Shown piece by piece: positions 23,397 through 32,799 of a stretch of DNA of 41,395 bases. Under the pieces are notes generated by a model, which was not told the origin of the DNA, did no database searches, and saw only the letters and a list, made by a program, of their open reading frames with translations. The stretch lies in NCBI GenBank assembly GCA_041747695.1, contig JBGTET010000012.1, forward strand, positions 1 to 41,395, read 5' to 3'. This DNA comes from Candidatus Saccharimonadales bacterium (GTDB lineage: Bacteria; Patescibacteriota; Saccharimonadia; Saccharimonadales; JBGTET01). Within the stretch, counting starts at the first letter, position 1; each line of letters opens with the position of its first letter. Made by a program: the position numbers and the translations under genes.

Positions 23397-24266
23397 GTGG
23401 GCACCAAATTGGATATCGATTACGATCAAATACTTAATAGCGTACTAGACTGGATCTCTACAAAAGGTCTAACAATCGCTGTCGTATTTTTGATTGCAGA
23501 AGTTGCCAATCACTTTACCAAGAAGATAATTTCACGAGCAGTAGACCGACTACTAGCTAAGCGGCACTATCCGACCGAACAAGATCGTCGTCAGCGAGCA
23601 CGAACCCTAAAGGGCATGTTTAGTGCCGGTGCACGGATTGGCATATGGGCAGTTGCGATCTTTATTATCATGGTCCAGCTCGGTGCTAATATCGGAGCCA
23701 TAGTTGCAGGTGCAGGTTTTCTTGGGTTAGCTTTTGGGATAGGTGCGCAATCCTTAATCAAAGATGTGCTAACTGGCATATTTATAATCATAGAGAATCA
23801 GTATCGTGTTGGCGATATAGTTGAGCTAAATGGGCAGGGTGGCCAAGTTGTCGATATAACTATGCGAATTACTCAGTTGCGAGATCTTGATGGCAATGCG
23901 CACTTTATTCCAAACGGTGAAATTAAACATTCAATAAACAAATCGCTGGGTTACTCAAAGATTAACCTCACCATTGGCGTGGCCTATGATACCGATGTCG
24001 ACAAGGTCGAAAAAGTTATTAACGATACCGGTCTAGATCTGATGAAAGATTCCAAATTCAACAAACTCATAGAAGAACAGCCAAAGTTTGCCCGTGTTGA
24101 TAGCTTTGATGGCCTTGGCCTAAACATTAAAGTCTTTGGTAAGGTTAAACCAGGCAAGCAATGGGAAGTTGCTGGTGAATTCCGTCGAAGACTAAAGAAA
24201 GCTTTCGAAAAATCTAAGATAGATGTTACTTACAGTGAAATTGTCGCACACAACAAAAAGCGTTAG
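23397..24266 (+). CDS. mechanosensitive ion channel (MscS family)
   Basis: TM helices followed by GAQSLIKDVLTGIFIIIENQYRVGDIVEL. GTG start as listed. Confidence 0.8.
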   Translation: MGTKLDIDYDQILNSVLDWISTKGLTIAVVFLIAEVANHFTKKIISRAVDRLLAKRHYPTEQDRRQRARTLKGMFSAGARIGIWAVAIFIIMVQLGANIGAIVAGAGFLGLAFGIGAQSLIKDVLTGIFIIIENQYRVGDIVELNGQGGQVVDITMRITQLRDLDGNAHFIPNGEIKHSINKSLGYSKINLTIGVAYDTDVDKVEKVINDTGLDLMKDSKFNKLIEEQPKFARVDSFDGLGLNIKVFGKVKPGKQWEVAGEFRRRLKKAFEKSKIDVTYSEIVAHNKKR

Positions 24267-24556
24267 CTAACTTCGACCCCACGCCAAAAGGCAACGTAGT
24301 TGGTGAAGTCCTTGCCGACACGTTCGACTGATCCTTCTTTAGGTTCTGGGTAAAACCATGCTGCACCTGCATTTGTTTGGTCGCCAACAACTACGTCGTA
24401 GTAACTAGCAGTCCCCTTCCAGGGGCAAACTGTGTGTTCGTCATTTTCTTTAAAGAATTCTTTTTTGATGGAATCGGCAGGAAAATACTGATTTCCTTCG
24501 ATTACAATCGTTGCGTCACTTTCTGCCAAAACTTGTCCATTCCATACTGCTTTCAT
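24263..24556 (-). CDS. DUF427 domain protein
   Basis: WNGQVLAESD...IEGNQYFP...CPWKGTASYYDV pattern. Confidence 0.7.
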   Translation of the reverse strand: MKAVWNGQVLAESDATIVIEGNQYFPADSIKKEFFKENDEHTVCPWKGTASYYDVVVGDQTNAGAAWFYPEPKEGSVERVGKDFTNYVAFWRGVEVS

Positions 24557-24574
24557 AATTTACTCTCCGTTAAC

Positions 24575-24901
24575 TTATATACTTGGATTAAGGTTATTCA
24601 TACTGTCTGTTGGTTGGGTATCTAAAGCACGATTATCAGTTTCGGTCGGAATGTTGTCTTCGTCCTGCATAAACGCCGTGTAGGCAGCCCCAATGAGTAC
24701 ACCGGCTACCACTAGGGCCAAAATAATAGTAACTGCTAGCTTTAGATTGGAACGATCTTTAACTGCAGTTGGGCCGACTTGTTGTTTGGCCTCGGCGACA
24801 GGTTCCTCAGTCTTTTGGACATTTTGCGGTTGAGGTTCCGTGTTAGCGGGGCGTGGTCGAGCAACATCAGAAATTACAGGCTTTGTATTCTTATCATCCA
24901 T
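24575..24901 (-). CDS. membrane-anchored protein
   Basis: Pro/Gln-rich N-terminus and a single TM helix LAVTIILALVVAGVLIGAAY. Confidence 0.5.
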   Translation of the reverse strand: MDDKNTKPVISDVARPRPANTEPQPQNVQKTEEPVAEAKQQVGPTAVKDRSNLKLAVTIILALVVAGVLIGAAYTAFMQDEDNIPTETDNRALDTQPTDSMNNLNPSI

Positions 24902-24991
24902 CTAGTTTGCCCCTTTATATGACCTAGCATTGTGTCTAAATTTTGCTTAAACACTAGCATTAATTCTAACACGTTGGCGTAAAATGATGTT

Positions 24992-25216
24992 ATGAAGAAA
25001 CAGGCAGGTTTTGGTATAATCTCAATGATTATTGTACTGGCAATCACGGCAATTATTGGCTGGGTTGTTATATCTAGGGCGGTAAACACAGGTTCCGAGG
25101 AAACCCCAGCGGAAACAATCGACCGAGCTAAAGAAAATATCGACAAAGCTAACGAAGCCAGCGACAAAGCCAAAGATGCCATTGAGGGCACAGAAGAAAT
25201 ATTGAACAGTTTATAA
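24992..25216 (+). CDS. small membrane-anchored protein with a Lys/Glu/Asp-rich (charged) tail
   Basis: MKKQAGFGIISMIIVLAITAIIGWVV followed by a charged tail. Confidence 0.5.
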   Translation: MKKQAGFGIISMIIVLAITAIIGWVVISRAVNTGSEETPAETIDRAKENIDKANEASDKAKDAIEGTEEILNSL

Positions 25217-25238
25217 ATAAGCACTTTTCTTAACCATA

Positions 25239-25262
25239 AATCTGTTATATAATCTGTTATAT
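25239..25262 (+). promoter_or_regulatory. tandem 12-bp repeat (AATCTGTTATAT x2, plus a partial third copy) overlapping -10-like TATAAT boxes; candidate operator
   Basis: aatctgttatat-aatctgttatat-aatcagGAGctagcATG, directly upstream of the AbrB-like gene. Confidence 0.5.
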
Positions 25263-25276
25263 AATCAGGAGCTAGC

Positions 25277-25471
25277 ATGGCAAGACAGAGTCACGAAGAT
25301 AAGAACGTTCGAAAACTCGGTAAGACAGGAAATGTTAATAGCCCATCGTACTATGTAACTATCCCCGTAGATCTCGTGAGAGGCCTAAACTGGAAAGAAG
25401 GCCAAAAGGTTGTCGTTAAGCGCTCGAGACAGAAAATTGTAATTGAAGGCTTAGAAGACCAAGCTAGTTAA
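25277..25471 (+). CDS. AbrB/MazE/SpoVT-family DNA-binding protein
   Basis: YYVTIPVDLVRGLNWKEGQKVVVK gives the swapped-hairpin beta-barrel signature. AGGAG Shine-Dalgarno sequence. Confidence 0.6.
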   Translation: MARQSHEDKNVRKLGKTGNVNSPSYYVTIPVDLVRGLNWKEGQKVVVKRSRQKIVIEGLEDQAS

Positions 25472-26501
25472 TCAGTAACTGCACAGCTAAGGGTCTATGG
25501 TCGGAACCGAAGCCTGAGCCTCTGAATCTTTCTCCCTGTATGAATTCATTTGAAACGAAAATATGATCAATTCGTGCGCAAGTCAAATCGCCATAGCCAA
25601 ACCAACTGCACTTTGGCCAAGCTGTTTCGGAACTGTTATTCATTTTGTAGGAAGTGTCGTCAACAAATTGCTGCATAGCTGGAGAGAATATAGTTGTATT
25701 AAAGTCCCCCATGACCACTGTATCTAAACTGTCGGTTTTTAGAACAGTCTTTAACTGGTCAATAAAATCATCTCTAAGCTGAAATGAAACATTGCTCACT
25801 GGCGGAGGAATATGTACCGCATAAACTGCAATCGTTGTGTCGTCATCTATCTTTACTTCTGTCCTAAGGATCGCTCCATTCTGGCTTTGTGCAATTATTG
25901 TAGTGTTCGACAATGGGAACTTTGAAATGATCGCGATTTCTGTATCTTCTGCGCTGCAATCGCAAGTAGTTATTTCAGAATATTTATACTCCAAAATGGC
26001 TTTAGCTTCCTCCACGAATTCTGGCTTTGTTTCTTGCAACGTAATTATATCGGCATCATTACTGTCAAAAAAGTATGCTGCATGAAAAATTTCTGGATTG
26101 GTATAGAGCATATTGTAAGTCCCGACAGTTAAGTTGGGTTTAATCGCATCTACTGGATCGGGATTAATAATCAGAAGCGAGCTAACGACAATATATAGCG
26201 TCATCATCGAGGCCACGCCAAACATTGCGGCATCTTTAATGCCTATCGATGCCCAACAAACAGTCCAACCGTCACGAATTATATGGCGTCCGTAAAGTGT
26301 GAAGATCAGGATGAATAAAGTGAAAATGAATATGAATATTTGCGGTATATAACTGACGTAGATATCGAGAAGCCAAAATTCATAATTCAAGGCTGTAACA
26401 GTGAGGAGGATAATAAAAAGTAGCAGCCATCGGACAAAATGTATAAAAAACAGTAACTTTGACCCAAACATGTTTTTAAATTTTCTGCGTTTTACTTTCA
26501 T
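25464..26501 (-). CDS. membrane-anchored endonuclease/exonuclease/phosphatase (EEP) family protein
   Basis: N-terminal TM helices, then VGTYNMLY, ITLQE, GDFN, and SDHRPL. Confidence 0.8.
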   Translation of the reverse strand: MKVKRRKFKNMFGSKLLFFIHFVRWLLLFIILLTVTALNYEFWLLDIYVSYIPQIFIFIFTLFILIFTLYGRHIIRDGWTVCWASIGIKDAAMFGVASMMTLYIVVSSLLIINPDPVDAIKPNLTVGTYNMLYTNPEIFHAAYFFDSNDADIITLQETKPEFVEEAKAILEYKYSEITTCDCSAEDTEIAIISKFPLSNTTIIAQSQNGAILRTEVKIDDDTTIAVYAVHIPPPVSNVSFQLRDDFIDQLKTVLKTDSLDTVVMGDFNTTIFSPAMQQFVDDTSYKMNNSSETAWPKCSWFGYGDLTCARIDHIFVSNEFIQGERFRGSGFGSDHRPLAVQLLIN

Positions 26502-26512
26502 CTATCTTGTAT

Positions 26513-26797
26513 CTATTTAAGTTTGTCGATTTTGTCCGCCAAGCTAAAATCCTTGTCTGTTAGACCACCTTCGCTGTGCGTAGAAATGTGCAGCTCAACT
26601 TTGCCCCACTCCAGCATTATTTGCGGGTGGTGGTTCATTTGCTCGGCAATTGCGCCTACTTTATCGGTAAAGCGTAAGGCACTTTTAAAATCTTCGAATT
26701 CGTAGACTCGAGTCAAAGTTGTGCCAGCAATAACTCCCCACTCAACATGTAATTTTTTTAGTGCGCTTTCGATTCCGCTTTCGCTTAATAATCCCAT
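26513..26797 (-). CDS. pterin-4-alpha-carbinolamine dehydratase
   Basis: FEDFKSALRFTDKVGAIAEQMNHHPQIMLEWGKVELHISTHSEGGLTDKDFSLA. I prefer the ATG at 26797 because TATACT (26805-26810) lies 7 nt upstream. Confidence 0.8.
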   Translation of the reverse strand: MGLLSESGIESALKKLHVEWGVIAGTTLTRVYEFEDFKSALRFTDKVGAIAEQMNHHPQIMLEWGKVELHISTHSEGGLTDKDFSLADKIDKLK

Positions 26798-26864
26798 AAG
26801 CATAAGTATACTAGATAATGACTTGTGGCTTATATATACTTATAAATGAAGTTAATTGACAATA

Positions 26865-27134
26865 ATGGCTAATAAGCAAACTAAAGTAAAAGTTATTGAT
26901 GAATCCTCAGCCGAGGTAGATATAAACCGCCCCCACAAGAACACTCCATTTGACGGGCCGATGGCAACAAAACTTGATGATTTAACAGATGCAGCAATTA
27001 GCGAAATTACACGTTCTGAATCTGAAGCTGCAGTACCTTCTTATGACGAAAAAGTATTGGCCCCAATCGACAAAAAGACAACTCTAAGGGATAAGCTGAG
27101 CAACTGGTTTCATCGTGGCAGTACTGAACGTTAG
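26865..27134 (+). CDS. hypothetical protein
   Basis: The listed ORF starts at TTG 26856; the ATG at 26865 (MANKQTK) is more likely. Confidence 0.45.
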   Translation: MANKQTKVKVIDESSAEVDINRPHKNTPFDGPMATKLDDLTDAAISEITRSESEAAVPSYDEKVLAPIDKKTTLRDKLSNWFHRGSTER

Positions 27135-27139
27135 TGTTA

Positions 27140-28462
27140 CTACGGAGTGAGCCGATTGATATCGCGGGGGAAAAGTGTAGCTTCTTTGATGTTATTGAGC
27201 CCAAGCATCACCTGCACTGTTCTTTCTAGTCCCCAGCCCCAACCGCCGTGCGGCGGCATACCATATTTGTAAGCACTCAATAATGGAGCGTAGCCAGGAT
27301 TTTCTGGTTCGCCACCATTAGCCTTCAGTTGTTCTACTAAAACGTCATATCGGTTTTCGCGCATACTTAAGGTAGTTATTTCGACACCTTTAAATAGCAA
27401 GTCTGCTCTTTCGGCAATTGCAGGATCTTCGTTATTTTTGCGGTGGTAAAACTTGAAAGTCTTGCTTTGCGATGGCCAGCCAACAACAAACACGGCTTCT
27501 GAGCCTAAGTTTTCTTTGGCGTATTCACAAACCCAACGTTCTTCTGCTGGGGCAAGGTCGTCTTCGCCGGTATGATCTTCTTTTGTAGCTTCCAAAAACT
27601 TTTCGTGGATTTCGGTAATTGTTAGTCGTGGAATTTTATCTGGCGAGTCTGGCAAAAGCGTTGGTTGAATATTCCAAAGTGCAAGTTCAGCCTGGCAGTC
27701 TTTAGTTACTTTGTTAGCAATGCTAATTAGACACGAGCCGGCAACATTGATTAGTTCTTCAAAATTTATAAAACCCATCTCTGCATCGATAGTAATGTAT
27801 TCGGTCATATGCCTAGTCGTTGCGCTTGGTTCTGCACGATAGGTTGGGTTAGTTTCGAACACTCGTTCGAAAACCCCAACCATCATTTGCTTATAGAATT
27901 GTGCGCTTTGCGCCAAAGTAGCAGTTTTACCAAAATAGTCTAGTTTAAATGTTTCGGCTCCGCCTTCTGTGGCTTCGGCCAATAATTTTGGTGAGTTCAT
28001 TTCTGTAAACTCATTCTCTGCAAAAAATTCACGAAAAGCTTCTAAAGTTTTTGCCTGCACTTTAAAGATTGCCTGTTCTTGGGTATTGCGCAATGTCAAA
28101 GGTCGATTGTCGAGCAATGTATCTAAATTATCTGACCGGTGGCTAATCGGCTTGTCGATTTCTATCGGCGGTACATCTGTTACTGGCACTAATACTTCTA
28201 ATTTAGGCTCATGAATCTCAACTCCGCCCGGTGCACGTTCGTCTTTAGTGACTTCGCCACTAACTTTTAAGACTGTGCCAATTTGCATGCCACGAAGTAA
28301 TTCGGCCTGACCTTTGTCTTGTATCAAAACTTGAGCAATGCCAGAACGATCACGAACATTAATAAAATTCAAACCACCCAACTTACGTTGTTTATGTAGC
28401 CAACCGGAAATTTCTGCTACTTGGCCAATGCTAGCAGGTAAATCTTTTACTAGAATTCTCAT
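27140..28462 (-). CDS. aspS: aspartate--tRNA ligase, archaeal/eukaryotic-type class IIb
   Basis: 440 aa. N-terminal OB fold (VAEISGWLHKQRKLGGLNFINVRDRSG) and C-terminal GGWGWGLERTVQVMLGLNNIKEATLFPRDINRLTP. TACAAT lies 7 nt upstream of the ATG. Confidence 0.8.
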   Translation of the reverse strand: MRILVKDLPASIGQVAEISGWLHKQRKLGGLNFINVRDRSGIAQVLIQDKGQAELLRGMQIGTVLKVSGEVTKDERAPGGVEIHEPKLEVLVPVTDVPPIEIDKPISHRSDNLDTLLDNRPLTLRNTQEQAIFKVQAKTLEAFREFFAENEFTEMNSPKLLAEATEGGAETFKLDYFGKTATLAQSAQFYKQMMVGVFERVFETNPTYRAEPSATTRHMTEYITIDAEMGFINFEELINVAGSCLISIANKVTKDCQAELALWNIQPTLLPDSPDKIPRLTITEIHEKFLEATKEDHTGEDDLAPAEERWVCEYAKENLGSEAVFVVGWPSQSKTFKFYHRKNNEDPAIAERADLLFKGVEITTLSMRENRYDVLVEQLKANGGEPENPGYAPLLSAYKYGMPPHGGWGWGLERTVQVMLGLNNIKEATLFPRDINRLTP

Positions 28463-28511
28463 TGCATGTATTGTAGCCGAAAACTAGTGACAGTTCTAGT
28501 TGTCGGGGGTC

Positions 28512-28814
28512 CTATAGAGTATCTGGACCTTCGACTGGGCCGCTTGGAATGACTTCATTTTGTAGCTGTTCGACGTTGGCGTCAGTTTTGCTACCATCCG
28601 ATGCTTTGGCGATTAGATAAATAAATGCGATGAGGGCAATACCAAAACAGATTATGATTGATATAAACAGGACCTTCTTTCTGGTGGTTGTGTCCTTGAT
28701 TTGGCTATATTCCTCTACAACTTGCTTAACTTGCTCGGGTTGGACGGCCGCTGAAGGTTCAGCTTCTGGCTGTGGTCCCGCATCCTGCGACTGTTTGTTG
28801 TTTTCGAAATCCAT
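28512..28814 (-). CDS. small membrane-anchored protein
   Basis: TM helix VLFISIIICFGIALIAFIYLI. Starts 1 nt after the upstream stop. Confidence 0.5.
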   Translation of the reverse strand: MDFENNKQSQDAGPQPEAEPSAAVQPEQVKQVVEEYSQIKDTTTRKKVLFISIIICFGIALIAFIYLIAKASDGSKTDANVEQLQNEVIPSGPVEGPDTL

Positions 28815-28815
28815 A

Positions 28816-29871
28816 CTATTTTATTTCTCCCGTTATTATTCTTCGCTTACGCTTCTGAGCTTTAAGTCTTGCAACTTCTCTTAAGTCATCAAACTGATCA
28901 AATTCATCAACAATTTCGCGCCCAATAATTTCTTCAAGAATATCCTCGATCGTTATCAAACCAACTGTTTCTTCAAATTCATTTATAACGACGAATAGGT
29001 GCGTTTTGGTTTTTATGAATGCATTCAGCACATGATCAAGCAATTGTTTTTCATTCACGAAATTTACGTTTCGATCAGCAGCTTTGCCTGCTGTTAAATT
29101 CTGATTGTTATTGGCAATCAAGTTTCTGAGATATAGAATTCCTATAATGTTGCCCTTATCGCCTTCGTAAACTGGGAATCGACTGTGGCCAGTCTCTTGT
29201 AGCTCTTTTAGAACTCCCAAAGTAAAAACAGTGTCCGCCGAGATAGCTTTAATAACAGATTCTGGCGTCATAACATCTCTAACCAGCTTGTCGCCAAATG
29301 TCAGCGCATTTTTTACTATCGCCAGTTCGTCAGTTTCTATATCTAATTCACCACTAGTTTGATGTTCTTCAAGAATCATCATAATTTCTTCAGAGCTATA
29401 TATATCTGGAGTGTCTATTCCCACTGCCTTGTCGACGAAACGAGCTAACGGCTTAGAGATCGGGCTCATTATTTCTAAAACCATTGTTATGTAGGGAGCA
29501 AATCTTGCGCCAACACTAAGTCCATGCTTTTTAAAAAATGCCTGCGGTATAATTTCTCCGAAAAATGTTATCAGAACTGTAATAATCAACAGAACGACCA
29601 GGCTCGCAGTAAATGATGAGCCTGGGATCAAGTCATCCAAAACAAGAGCAATACCGGCATTAACAAATACATTGTAAATAACAAGAGTTATCAAGAGTTC
29701 ATTGCCACGAGCACGGATCGGAAACACCAGCTTTGCTGCTGCGTCATTTAGTTCAGCTTTTCGCTTTAACTCAAATATATTTAGAGATAATAATCCTAAC
29801 GTTAGTCCCGAAAATGTTGCCGAGAGGGCAAGCAAAAATATTAGCAAAAGAATTAGAGCAAAAGTGTCCAT
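28816..29871 (-). CDS. CNNM/HlyC-CorC family transporter (DUF21 plus CBS pair)
   Basis: TM DUF21 region with GEIIPQ, a CBS pair (VRDVMTP..., HSRFPVY), and FVVINEFEETVGLITIEDILEEIIG. Confidence 0.8.
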   Translation of the reverse strand: MDTFALILLLIFLLALSATFSGLTLGLLSLNIFELKRKAELNDAAAKLVFPIRARGNELLITLVIYNVFVNAGIALVLDDLIPGSSFTASLVVLLIITVLITFFGEIIPQAFFKKHGLSVGARFAPYITMVLEIMSPISKPLARFVDKAVGIDTPDIYSSEEIMMILEEHQTSGELDIETDELAIVKNALTFGDKLVRDVMTPESVIKAISADTVFTLGVLKELQETGHSRFPVYEGDKGNIIGILYLRNLIANNNQNLTAGKAADRNVNFVNEKQLLDHVLNAFIKTKTHLFVVINEFEETVGLITIEDILEEIIGREIVDEFDQFDDLREVARLKAQKRKRRIITGEIK

Positions 29872-29922
29872 TTTGTGGTCTCAGAATACTACTTTTGCTT
29901 TGTTTTATCTACTACTGATGGC

Positions 29923-30456
29923 CTAGTGAGCGTGCGGCTCAGCTTCTTCGGCTGAATGAGTATGGTCATCGCTTTTTGGCGAATCAACCGTTACTGTAGC
30001 TGACACTTCTTTGCCATCAACGACCAAAGTTGCGTGGTCATTGCCATTCAACTCTACTTTTATTACATGTTCGCCTTCTTCAAGTGCTGGCAAGTGATAC
30101 CAGGGGCCGTAAACACGTCCGACCTTTTTCCCGTCTACGTAAATGTGTGCGTGCCCTTGATTATCCACGTGACTTTCGCTGGCTTCGTTAGGTGTGAACG
30201 TAAAGTTTTCTGTCTCTATGTATATGTTATAGCCACCAACTACATCTTCTTGGACCGAAAGTAGTGTGATTACTGGCTCGCCTGAAGCTTCTGGAACATT
30301 TTCTTCAACATATACGCTGGTGCTGTTGGCAGTATTATTGCCAACCAGGAATCCGGCGATCCATCCGAGTAAGACGGCTACAATTAGCATGACTACAATC
30401 GCATCACCGCCCAGTGGTTTAGACTTTCTTGCTCTCGCATTTTTGGACTTTGCCAT
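29923..30456 (-). CDS. membrane-anchored His-rich protein (putative metal binding)
   Basis: TM helix AIVVMLIVAVLLGWIAGFLV; HVDNQGHAHIYVDG; C-terminal DDHTHSAEEAEPHAH. Confidence 0.5.
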   Translation of the reverse strand: MAKSKNARARKSKPLGGDAIVVMLIVAVLLGWIAGFLVGNNTANSTSVYVEENVPEASGEPVITLLSVQEDVVGGYNIYIETENFTFTPNEASESHVDNQGHAHIYVDGKKVGRVYGPWYHLPALEEGEHVIKVELNGNDHATLVVDGKEVSATVTVDSPKSDDHTHSAEEAEPHAH

Positions 30457-30544
30457 GAATCCTCCTTGATTGTTCGTGATTATAATACTAGTAAGTTACA
30501 GAAGCTTTGTTATCATATTGTTAACCAATAGGAGAAGGAAATCA

Positions 30545-31207
30545 ATGAACAAGTCATTTTGGATAATTTTAGTCGGGGCAGTAGTTGCTTTAGGTGGAAT
30601 ATTTATAGTATTAGGAGGCAAGGCAGAAGACACTGCATCTGGTGAATTTGCTTTTGTAGAACCACTGATCAACCAGCAGGAACATGACCATGCAACTGGC
30701 GAGGGCAAAAAGGCAACAATTGTCGAGTATGCGGACTTCCAGTGTCCATATTGTGGCACATACTTCCCTCTGCTAGATCAAGTTAAACAAACTTATGGCG
30801 ATGACGTAAAAGTAATCTTTAGGAACTTTCCTATACCTTCATCGCACCCGCAAGCATTGGCTGCACATCGAGCTGCCGAAGCGGCATCACGACAAGACAA
30901 ATTTTGGGAAATGCATGACCTGATATTCAGTAATCAAGAAGCGTGGAGCGGCAACGATGGCGCAGCAACACTCTTTGAGACGTTTGCCGAACAGCTAGGC
31001 CTAAACATGGAGACCTACAGAGCTGACGTGGAATCAGAATCTGTATTAGCCAAAATTACAGCAGATACTAACAGCGGGAAATCATTGAACGTCAAAGCTA
31101 CACCGACAATATTCTTGAATGGGGAAGTTCTAGAAACACCACCAACCTCACTCGAAGAATGGGACAAGTTGATAAACGGTGGCGGTGAAGAACAAGGGCA
31201 AGAATAG
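30545..31207 (+). CDS. DsbA-family thiol:disulfide oxidoreductase
   Basis: GGAGAAGGAA Shine-Dalgarno sequence before the ATG at 30545; signal anchor; CPYC active site (FQCPYCG); TPTIFLNG. Confidence 0.8.
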   Translation: MNKSFWIILVGAVVALGGIFIVLGGKAEDTASGEFAFVEPLINQQEHDHATGEGKKATIVEYADFQCPYCGTYFPLLDQVKQTYGDDVKVIFRNFPIPSSHPQALAAHRAAEAASRQDKFWEMHDLIFSNQEAWSGNDGAATLFETFAEQLGLNMETYRADVESESVLAKITADTNSGKSLNVKATPTIFLNGEVLETPPTSLEEWDKLINGGGEEQGQE

Positions 31208-31213
31208 GTTTAG

Positions 31214-32149
31214 CTAGAGCCAGCGCTGTTTGCGGAAATAGTAAAGCATGGCAAAGGTTAGCGTGAGCATAAATGCCATAATTCCTATGAAGGCTTGTGG
31301 CGACCGTTCGAACGGCAACTCTACGTTCATTCCGAAAATTCCAGATACTAATGTTGCTACAGAAATCACTGCTGTTAAGACTGTCAGAACCCTAATGATT
31401 CGGTTCAAGTTGTTGGTCATAATTGTGGTGTAGGCTTCTCGTATGCTGATCATTGACTTGAGGCTAGAGCGACAACCTTCGATTGTTTGTTCGTTGTTGA
31501 GCAGTAAATCTTCGACGATATCTTCGTCCTCGTCATACAGTTTTATGTGATTACCCAAAAGTAAACGTCGCAAAATTGAGTTGGTTGGCGTCAAAGCTGA
31601 CAAAAATTCATTCAGCTCATCTTCGATTTCTACAAAGGCTACAAAGTCTTTGTTATGGATTTCTTCGACACGCAAGCGCGACCTAATAACTTTAATTTGC
31701 CGTGAAATGCTGTTAAGAAAGACCTCGTACTGATCTACGGTTTGGTCCAAAATCTGCAAAAGCAGTTTTGTTCTCTGCGTGGTATTGAACTTGATTTTTT
31801 CGTCTGTAAATCTTTCTATTCGCGGGATTGGACGAGCAGATATCGAAATAAATAAATGTTCAGAAATAATAATCAGCAGCGGCGTGGTTGTAATATGTAA
31901 ATTTTCGCCAGCGTAAGCAAAACGAGTGAAAAAATAGTTGGTGTCATTGTCTTTTTCTAGCCGAGGCATTTCGTCTTCGTCTAAAACGTCGCGAACGTGG
32001 CCTGGGTCTAGGTCGTGTTCGTCGATCAACTTTTTTAACTCATCCCGCGTCGGGTTTTCTACATACACCCAAGCGCCTGGCTTATATTTAGTCAGATTTT
32101 CTAGAGTTTTACTGCGAATATTCTTGTAGTAGTAATTGATCATAAACAA
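31214..32149 (-). CDS. corA: CorA-family magnesium transporter
   Basis: GMN motif (GIFGMNVELPF) before the last TM helix. Length is typical. Confidence 0.8.
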   Translation of the reverse strand: MFMINYYYKNIRSKTLENLTKYKPGAWVYVENPTRDELKKLIDEHDLDPGHVRDVLDEDEMPRLEKDNDTNYFFTRFAYAGENLHITTTPLLIIISEHLFISISARPIPRIERFTDEKIKFNTTQRTKLLLQILDQTVDQYEVFLNSISRQIKVIRSRLRVEEIHNKDFVAFVEIEDELNEFLSALTPTNSILRRLLLGNHIKLYDEDEDIVEDLLLNNEQTIEGCRSSLKSMISIREAYTTIMTNNLNRIIRVLTVLTAVISVATLVSGIFGMNVELPFERSPQAFIGIMAFMLTLTFAMLYYFRKQRWL

Positions 32150-32199
32150 ACCGCTTATAGTTATTGCTTAGTGTAATCAAATTATGTCCTGCGGTCTAC

Positions 32200-32781
32200 C
32201 TATAGATACAGTTGGTTGTCGCGTATATATTGCAGAACTTCTGCGTTTATGTCTTTAATGTTATCGGCATCTTGAGCTACAGCTTCTCGAATCTTGCTAG
32301 ATGCTACTGTCGCTTGATCAGTTACGATTTTTGTAACTTTAGCCTCTGGGATTTCTTGAAGTTTGTAAATTAACTCCTCACCGTCGTCTTCTGTGCGCAA
32401 AGCAACTGCGAATTCGACTTCTTGAATTAGTTTTTTGTAATCTTTCCATTTGTCTATGTTTAAAAATACGTCAGCTCCCATTAGTAAAACGACGGAATCT
32501 TTAGGATGAGCCCCAGTAAAAGCCTTCATAGAGGATACAACGTCATGTTGGTCTGACATGCCTTTTAAACTTGTTTTAATAACTCGGCTGTCAGCAACTG
32601 CAAGGTCTAACATGGCTTGTCTATTTTTCACAGGTGTTACATTTGTCTTACGCCACGGAGTTTCTTCGGCAAGCATATAAAGAGTGTCTATTTTTAATTC
32701 GGCAATCGCAGTTTCGGCAAATGCAATATGCCCAGTGTGGACTGGATCGAAAGTTCCGGAGTATATTCCGATCTTTGCCAA
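32200..32781 (-). CDS. nadD: nicotinate-nucleotide adenylyltransferase
   Basis: GIYSGTFDPVHTGHIAF (HxGH motif). TTG start as listed. Confidence 0.8.
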   Translation of the reverse strand: MAKIGIYSGTFDPVHTGHIAFAETAIAELKIDTLYMLAEETPWRKTNVTPVKNRQAMLDLAVADSRVIKTSLKGMSDQHDVVSSMKAFTGAHPKDSVVLLMGADVFLNIDKWKDYKKLIQEVEFAVALRTEDDGEELIYKLQEIPEAKVTKIVTDQATVASSKIREAVAQDADNIKDINAEVLQYIRDNQLYL

Positions 32782-32799
32782 GACTTAAGCTTTCATATC

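Noticed and set aside
24992-25216. Type IV pilin-like N-terminus (KKQAGFGIISMIIVLAI).
   Set aside because: It lacks the conserved Glu at +5 after the putative G/F cleavage site, and the protein has only a short charged tail. The MFK(K/R)NQKGVIDP proteins likewise do not fit the prepilin motif.
24874-25278. 134-aa minus-strand ORF covering the 74-aa plus-strand gene.
   Set aside because: The translation is repetitive (SLALSLASLALS) and has no plausible start context. The plus-strand frame gives a clean TM-anchor protein. Both calls remain low confidence.
25277-26501. The AbrB/MazE-like gene plus the neighbouring EEP gene as a toxin-antitoxin pair.
   Set aside because: The genes are convergent, not co-transcribed. 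The EEP protein is a large multi-TM membrane protein, unlike known toxins partnered with MazE/AbrB antitoxins.
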